Of a stretch of 37,035 nucleotides of DNA, positions 31,669 through 37,035 are shown in pieces (within the stretch, counting starts at the first letter, position 1; every line of letters starts with the position of its first letter). The stretch comes from a virus (taxonomy: Duplodnaviria > Caudoviricetes). A program made the translations under genes and the position numbers. Location of the stretch: positions 1 through 37,035 of IMG/VR virus record IMGVR_UViG_3300042468_000248; one strand, written 5' to 3'. The notes under the pieces were generated by a model. It was given only the letters and a program-made list of their open reading frames with translations. It was not told the DNA's origin and did no database searches.

Positions 31669-33215
31669 GCGGTTGTCGGGCTAAGTTGTAACTCCGCTCC
31701 CATGATCGCTACGATAACTGGATCAGTTCCCGACGCTTCGTACACGCGATCGCGCGACTTCATTGTTGCGCCAAGACGCCGCCAAATGACGCGGGTTTGC
31801 GTGGCACCAATTGGCCCCATATCGCGCCAATACTCATTGCTCCAAGTGTGCCCGCCGTCGTCCGACCAGCGCAGCATAACCTGCGGATCGGTGCCGACGT
31901 TTGGGCCAATCAGCGCATAGAGCGAGCTTGGTGTGGTGTTAGGCGCTACAGCTTGGTTGGTTTCAAGCTCAATCGCGCCTTCGGTGGATAAAATCAAATC
32001 CAGCGCCGACGACGACGCGTCGCCCGAAAGGCCCACACCCGTTTGGCAGTCAAGCTGCAACTGGTGATGGATTGTGCGGGTAAGATTGTTTTGCCCGGTT
32101 GGCAGCGCGCGCCAACGGCGCAACCATTTTTGCACAACGCCGGCGTCTAAATACACATCCAGTTTGAACTGATAGATGTTGCCGTTTTGGAAGTCGCCGA
32201 CCGTCGGATAGCCATTAAAGGCCGCGTGGCAATTAGACCGATGGCGCTTGTATTCACCGTTGACGAGCGCAGCACGTTCGTGCCAAGCGCCGGTCGCGGC
32301 ATCAAACACCCACGTCGTGTCGGCAGACGGAAAGATCAGCACGTAAAACGCGTGGCCGTCCTGCTGGTACGTATACGCCAACGCGTCCGACATATCGCTG
32401 TATTGTTGGATAGCAAATTCAACAGCGTGCGTTGATACGCGCACAGCTTGATAGCCGTTTGCGCGATAGACGATTCCGCGTCCTCGTGCGTCCGACCCTA
32501 GCCAAAAGATCGTATTGTCGAGCTTGGCCACTGAGTACGGTGCAATGCAGCCGACTTCGTTGTAAGCGCCTTGGATGCGTTCTAGCGGAAAGTCGATGTT
32601 GCCCGAGTTGTACCAAACTTCAGTTGAGTTGGTGCCAAAAAGCCATGCTTCGCGGTGGTCGATCATCACGGCTACAAGGCCGTCAGGCGAACCCTCTGCT
32701 GACGCGAAGTCAAGCGGGTCAACAGACAAACCATCAAGCAGTTTTGTTACCCAAATGCGCTGGCTGTTGGGTTCGTTAAAAACAAAGTACCCATCCAGAT
32801 ACCCCACGGTGACAGCACCGGGGAAGTCTGGATCGGTAATCTGAGCGAATACGCCCGTCGTAAAGTTGTAAATGTATCCGTCTGGGTTACAAGCTACAAA
32901 GAGCTGCAAACCGTTATCGGCCATTGATACCGGGCCCGTGCCCGTAATATTGCCAAGTTTAGTGATCGTAATGTTCGGCGTCATCTTAAACAGCTCATTG
33001 CCCGAAGCAATGTAAATGTCGTTCTCGCGGTTCCACAACCCACGGATCGGCCCTGACCCAACAGATGCGATCAGCTCCATGCCTGGACAACGCTGCAAAT
33101 AGGCCGGCTCTTTGCCGCCTTCAGGGATGACTTCGGGATACAAGTTAACCATGCGCGCATCAGCCGCGTTTGGGCTGCGCACCACATACGATGACCCGAG
33201 AATCGGTGTCTTCAT
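31665..33215 (-). CDS. Tail hub / packaged-DNA stabilisation protein, P22 gp10-like
   Basis: NLYPE, GPIRG, VSMADNG, LDGYFVF, FASAEGSPD, FGTNSTEVW, MLRWSDDGGHTWS, WRRLG. Confidence 0.9.
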   Translation of the reverse strand: MKTPILGSSYVVRSPNAADARMVNLYPEVIPEGGKEPAYLQRCPGMELIASVGSGPIRGLWNRENDIYIASGNELFKMTPNITITKLGNITGTGPVSMADNGLQLFVACNPDGYIYNFTTGVFAQITDPDFPGAVTVGYLDGYFVFNEPNSQRIWVTKLLDGLSVDPLDFASAEGSPDGLVAVMIDHREAWLFGTNSTEVWYNSGNIDFPLERIQGAYNEVGCIAPYSVAKLDNTIFWLGSDARGRGIVYRANGYQAVRVSTHAVEFAIQQYSDMSDALAYTYQQDGHAFYVLIFPSADTTWVFDAATGAWHERAALVNGEYKRHRSNCHAAFNGYPTVGDFQNGNIYQFKLDVYLDAGVVQKWLRRWRALPTGQNNLTRTIHHQLQLDCQTGVGLSGDASSSALDLILSTEGAIELETNQAVAPNTTPSSLYALIGPNVGTDPQVMLRWSDDGGHTWSNEYWRDMGPIGATQTRVIWRRLGATMKSRDRVYEASGTDPVIVAIMGAELQLSPTTA

Positions 33216-33218
33216 GGC

Positions 33219-33899
33219 TTAGGCGACAGTGGCGCCGTTGTTGGACACAATCCACCAGTCGGTGCCGAGAAACTGCAACAGCACGCTCTCGCCGACAGCG
33301 TTAAACGTGATGGTCGTGCCATTGCCAAAGTTAGCTGGCGTTAGCACGCCCGTATCCGCGCCGGCTGCTTCGGCCACATAAACAATAGCCTTGAGCTGCC
33401 CTGCCACACCGTCTGCTAGAGTCAAAGCGTTGCCCGTAGCGGTAGACGTGAACGCTGTAGTCAACGTCGTGATGTTGACAGCGCCGGGGCCAGAAAGCGC
33501 TTGCACGCTGCCGACCACAGCGCCCGCAAAAGTCTGCGTGCCGGTAAAAGTCTGCGCGGCGTCGGTACGAGCGACTGACGCGCTCGTAGACGGGAACGTC
33601 ATCGTCGTGGCGTCAGTGCCAGCAAACGTAATTGAATTATTGCAGGTCAGCGTCTTGCCGTTGGCAATTGTTAGCGTAGCTGACGTAGCCGGAGCGGTGA
33701 TTGTTACTTTGTTGACGCTAGTAGCCGTAGCTACGCCGAGCGCCGGCGTCACTAGCGTAGGGCTAGTTAACGTAACGCCTGTAAACAGGTTAGTGTTGGT
33801 AATCTTTTTAGTCAGATTGCTCTGGACCAACACAAATTCGTCCGCGCCCGAAGACGAGGACGTAGCCGGAAGATTATTGATGGTGATTTTTGTCGCCAT
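33219..33899 (-). CDS. Fibre-like virion protein
   Basis: N-terminus MATKITINNLPATSSSSGADEFVLVQSNLTKKIT; LTSPTLVTPALG and AQTFTGTQTF fibre repeats; Thr-rich. Confidence 0.75.
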   Translation of the reverse strand: MATKITINNLPATSSSSGADEFVLVQSNLTKKITNTNLFTGVTLTSPTLVTPALGVATATSVNKVTITAPATSATLTIANGKTLTCNNSITFAGTDATTMTFPSTSASVARTDAAQTFTGTQTFAGAVVGSVQALSGPGAVNITTLTTAFTSTATGNALTLADGVAGQLKAIVYVAEAAGADTGVLTPANFGNGTTITFNAVGESVLLQFLGTDWWIVSNNGATVA

Positions 33900-33901
33900 G
33901 A

Positions 33902-34687
33902 TTAGAAGTTCCCGGCGTAAATGTTGTAACGATTGCGACGTGCCATGAGGCTGTAGGGCATAGCCATCAAGTCGTCAGGGTTGTTAATGCGCTTCAAATT
34001 GCGCTTGCTGTACATGGCAATCCGGCGCACTTCAGCAGAAGGTTCCACGTTAAACTCAGGCGCAAGTTCAAGAGCCAAGTTGTACCGAAACGCTCGCAAA
34101 TAGCCTGGCGGAAACTCCAAGTTTGTTTCAAGCGTCGTCGGATTAGCTAACGGCTGCACCGAAATAAAATGGAACTCCAACATACGATTGGGTACTGGGT
34201 ATACCGACAGCGTAATGTTGGGAAAAGTGTTATTGACAAACAACACTTGCGGATAGGTGCTTTGCACTGTTTTTACCGCAATGTTGTTGTACTGCAACTG
34301 GTTAATAAATTTGATGCCGTACGACACGTTAGTCGTCGGGTCGCGGAAATAGGTTGAATCTTCCAGCAAAATCGGACGTTGCGTAGTCGCGTCGTCCACG
34401 CCGATATAGTCGTCTCCTTGCGTAACAATCGGGGTGTCCGATTGGTTAGCAAGAATGTATACAAAGTCGCCCGTAGGGCCGAGCGTGCGAATCCGCGCGC
34501 CAGCTTCCCAGTAGTAGGTTTGATCTTGCGTGCAAAACACCGCCAAACGCTCGGTGCTCCAGCTATCAATCATCTGGTTAAGCGCAACGAGGTTGTCTTG
34601 GTACACGGCTTCGGGCAACACGTTGCCCGAGTTCACCAGCCCCAGCAAACGATGCGCACCACTCAAAAGCTCACGGGTAGTTGCCAT
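33902..34687 (-). CDS. Head-to-tail adaptor, P22 gp4-like (paralog B)
   Basis: LLSGAHRLLGLV...LVALNQMIDSWS; VYPVP; FPPGYLRAFRYNLALELAPEF. Confidence 0.8.
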   Translation of the reverse strand: MATTRELLSGAHRLLGLVNSGNVLPEAVYQDNLVALNQMIDSWSTERLAVFCTQDQTYYWEAGARIRTLGPTGDFVYILANQSDTPIVTQGDDYIGVDDATTQRPILLEDSTYFRDPTTNVSYGIKFINQLQYNNIAVKTVQSTYPQVLFVNNTFPNITLSVYPVPNRMLEFHFISVQPLANPTTLETNLEFPPGYLRAFRYNLALELAPEFNVEPSAEVRRIAMYSKRNLKRINNPDDLMAMPYSLMARRNRYNIYAGNF

Positions 34688-34694
34688 GGTTCAC

Positions 34695-35408
34695 CTAAAT
34701 CGGAGGCATGTTAAACGTCGTGTTCGTATTCGGCACGTTATCGGTCTTGTTAACCGGCAATGGCTGAATGTTCGTGCGGATCAAGCTGTCGAGGTCAGCG
34801 CGCAGGTTAGCAATGATCTCAGGCTTGACCTGTGAACCATACTCCGGTGCTAACTCCATCGCTAATGATAGCTCTAGCAAGCGCTGGTAGCCCGGCGGCA
34901 GATACTGCGTTGAAACGAGCGTGGCATACGGCTGAATCATACGTTCAGCCTTGACAAAGATTGACACCGCCGCGTTAGGCGTGGGGTACAGCACTACTTG
35001 CCCGTACGGGATGTTGGGTCGGTACAACAGCTTAATAGGCGTGCCCGTTGCGGCTTTATTGGTAATGTTAGTCCAATACGGCTCGGTAATCAGCGCAAGC
35101 GGCGTATCCACGTTGGATATGCGCACAAACGCGCCGACGATGCGGATAGGCCGTGCCGTTACCCAATTAGCCGCTGGGGACGTGTTGGGGTCGTTGCCGA
35201 TGGTATACGTGCTCTGGCCATTGACCAACGTAAATTGTTCGGCCTGCGTGCAGAAGTAATACTGCGGGTTGGCCGAAAACGAGTCGATAATAGAGTTAAG
35301 GCTGTAAAGCGAATCTTGCGCTTCGTCAGCCGTCGTGGTTTCGCCAGACGCCAAAACGCCCAACAATCGCAACGACTTGTTGATAAGGCTTTGGGCTGTT
35401 ACAGCCAT
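34695..35408 (-). CDS. Head-to-tail adaptor, P22 gp4-like (paralog A)
   Basis: LINKSLRLLGVLASGE...LYSLNSIIDSFS; LYPTP; LPPGYQRLLELSLAMELAPEY. Confidence 0.8.
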   Translation of the reverse strand: MAVTAQSLINKSLRLLGVLASGETTTADEAQDSLYSLNSIIDSFSANPQYYFCTQAEQFTLVNGQSTYTIGNDPNTSPAANWVTARPIRIVGAFVRISNVDTPLALITEPYWTNITNKAATGTPIKLLYRPNIPYGQVVLYPTPNAAVSIFVKAERMIQPYATLVSTQYLPPGYQRLLELSLAMELAPEYGSQVKPEIIANLRADLDSLIRTNIQPLPVNKTDNVPNTNTTFNMPPI

Positions 35409-35419
35409 TGTGTAGCCCT

Positions 35420-35614
35420 CTAGGCTTCAGCCGCTACTGCCTTGCGGCGACGCTTCAACTGGTTTGGTTCCGGCGACGCAGCAGGTTCTTCCTGCGGCGC
35501 CGCCGGCTCCAAAGGATCATACTCCTCCCAACCGTGCTCGTAGTCCATAGCCGCCTCCATATCAGAGATGGCAATTTTTAGCCCGTGAACCGGGTGGCGA
35601 AGATATATGTTCAT
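35420..35614 (-). CDS. Hypothetical protein (64 aa)
   Basis: MNIYLRHPVHGLKIA...GWEEYDP with a basic tail KRRRK; tightly packed in the operon. Confidence 0.75.
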   Translation of the reverse strand: MNIYLRHPVHGLKIAISDMEAAMDYEHGWEEYDPLEPAAPQEEPAASPEPNQLKRRRKAVAAEA

Positions 35615-35616
35615 AA

Positions 35617-35937
35617 TTACGGCAGCAGTCCGTAAGCCTGCAAACGAGCCTCAAGCTCTCCAACGCGATCCTGAAGGTTTTTGATAACAGCCAACACCGT
35701 GTTGCCTTCGTTCTTCGTAACGAAACCAAACGGAGTTGTCTGCGTCAAGTCTTGAATTGCGAAGTCAGCCGGACTCGGCGCCGTAAACGTAATCGTCGTC
35801 GATTGCGTGGTAAGCGCTGCACCCTTAGCAACGGGCGTAGTCCCGTAAAAACCAACCGTACCGCCCGATGCGCCAACTACCGCGCCGTCAAGCTCGGGGT
35901 CGGAGAAGGCAACACCAACTGCCTTTGTATTCGGCAT
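35617..35937 (-). CDS. Hypothetical virion protein (106 aa; possible head fibre/decoration)
   Basis: GAGG SD; TVGFYGTTPV; C-terminal helix LEARLQAYGLL. Confidence 0.7.
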   Translation of the reverse strand: MPNTKAVGVAFSDPELDGAVVGASGGTVGFYGTTPVAKGAALTTQSTTITFTAPSPADFAIQDLTQTTPFGFVTKNEGNTVLAVIKNLQDRVGELEARLQAYGLLP

Positions 35938-35958
35938 AGATAAATCCTCTTAAAGAGT

Positions 35959-35986
35959 GCCCCCTACGGTTTGACCCGTAGGGGGC
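35959..35986 (-). terminator. Hairpin (11-bp stem) after the capsid/decoration genes; probable partial terminator
   Basis: GCCCCCTACGG-N6-CCGTAGGGGGC followed by ACTCTTT on the minus strand. Confidence 0.65.
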
Positions 35987-35993
35987 GTTGCCA

Positions 35994-36392
35994 TTACGAG
36001 ATGCGGTAGCAGGTCCACGTACCCGCGCCGGTCTTGCGCGCGCGGAAGTGACCCGACGTAGCCTCGTCAACCTTCATGTTACCAACAAGCGACCAGCCCG
36101 CCGCCGTGGCGACGGTCACATCGTCCGTGGTCGCGTCGATGTTGATGACAAAAAAGTCAAACGCAGCGTCAGCCCGCTGGGCCGACGACACGTAGGCTTC
36201 AAGGTCAGCCACCGTCGGCAGGGTAAGATCACCCGCCGTGCCGTTGAAGGTAAAAAGACCGTTCGCAAGCTGCGCCGGGGTCGCCGTCGCGGCTGCCGTC
36301 AGGGCCGTAGGGGCGCCCTGCACAAACAGAATCGGCTCGGCAGCATTGCCGGCGCCAACCTGATAACCACTAGTACCGTTAGGAAGTGCCAT
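35994..36392 (-). CDS. Putative capsid decoration / minor capsid protein
   Basis: Directly after the coat gene and before the hairpin; GGAG SD; LTLPT, Ala/Thr-rich beta protein. Confidence 0.65.
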   Translation of the reverse strand: MALPNGTSGYQVGAGNAAEPILFVQGAPTALTAAATATPAQLANGLFTFNGTAGDLTLPTVADLEAYVSSAQRADAAFDFFVINIDATTDDVTVATAAGWSLVGNMKVDEATSGHFRARKTGAGTWTCYRIS

Positions 36393-36422
36393 GTTTAGTT
36401 ACTCCGTGAATAAGGTTAAAAA

Positions 36423-37035
36423 TTAGCCCCAGATGCGGCAGGCCATCTGCGGACGGATCACCGAGTAGCCATACAGCACGTCGATACGGCAGGGCATACG
36501 GTCGTTGTTGATGTCGTACTGACGGACAACGCGCATGGAGATGCCGTTGTGGACCTGACGCGACGCCATGTCAACGCCCTGCGGGAGCAAGAGGTCGGCG
36601 GTGGCAAACGTGATCGCGTCCTTGTGGTACACAAGGTTCTGAGCGTACTGGCCAGAAGCGGCACCCACGTAGGTCACTACATCACCGGCGGTCGGCAGCT
36701 TGCTGACCGTGGCGAGGGCGTGCGTCGGGCCGTACACAGCCGGCAGGAACTGAACATCGACAAACTCGGTTGAGGCCGAGGTCACGCTGTTCTGCACCAC
36801 GAACTGCTGGAGCGCACCAGTGGACTCGCGGGTCTGCGGGTTGACCGCGTACACGCCAGCAATAGTGAACACGTCGCCGGGGACAAGGGTGAGGCCGTCG
36901 GTCACGTTGTCAAGCGTCAGCTTGGTCGCACCGTTGACGAGCGTGGTCTTGACGATCGGGGTGTCCGCGCGCGAGGCCGAGCCGTTGGTGTGCTGCTTGA
37001 TCGACTGAGACATGTTGATCTCGTCGTAGCCGAGG
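36423..37035 (-). CDS. Major capsid protein, 3' part (P22 coat-like)
   Basis: GDVFTIAGVYAVNPQTRESTG, NLVYHKDAITFATADL, RIDVLYGYSVIRPQMACR; the frame is open to the contig end and overlaps the 1..352 copy. Confidence 0.92.
   Translation of the reverse strand, partial: LGYDEINMSQSIKQHTNGSASRADTPIVKTTLVNGATKLTLDNVTDGLTLVPGDVFTIAGVYAVNPQTRESTGALQQFVVQNSVTSASTEFVDVQFLPAVYGPTHALATVSKLPTAGDVVTYVGAASGQYAQNLVYHKDAITFATADLLLPQGVDMASRQVHNGISMRVVRQYDINNDRMPCRIDVLYGYSVIRPQMACRIWG
36684..37035. repeat. Terminal overlap, copy 2 (matches 1..352)
   Basis: Same alignment as copy 1; implies a 36,683-bp circular map. Confidence 0.95.

Noticed and set aside
1-37035. Prophage or lysogeny module
   Set aside because: No integrase, excisionase, CI-like repressor, partition genes or flanking host genes were recognised.

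Overview
The window is an apparently complete, circularly permuted genome (~36,683 bp) of a P22/APSE-like podovirus infecting a Gram-negative host (it carries a spanin pair). The two contig ends overlap by 352 bp inside the major capsid gene, but the copies differ at ~27 positions. The morphogenesis and lysis arm is on the minus strand: terS, terL, three small basic proteins, portal, ferritin-like protein, tailspike/fibre, scaffold, coat, two paralogous gp4-like adaptors, gp10-like hub, GNAT, three ejection proteins, holin candidates, M15 endolysin, Rz/Rz1, an HExxH protein and a metallophosphoesterase. There is a plus-strand early region with a truncated beta-clamp-like gene and DUF3310, and a replication module (primase-helicase, PolA, putative SSB, DUF2800 nuclease, VRR-NUC, SNF2-like helicase). 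I recognised no integrase, repressor, RNA polymerase, tRNA or CRISPR array. The most striking signals are mostly non-coding: (1) a ~147-nt multi-junction structured RNA with its own sigma70-type promoter directly upstream of a leaderless terS; (2) a canonical type II hammerhead ribozyme between two early genes; (3) a 9-bp iteron field around an AT-rich core; (4) a possible peptide/N-terminal-domain docking system linking three fibres to adaptor proteins. All family assignments come from motif recognition by eye, not from database searches.
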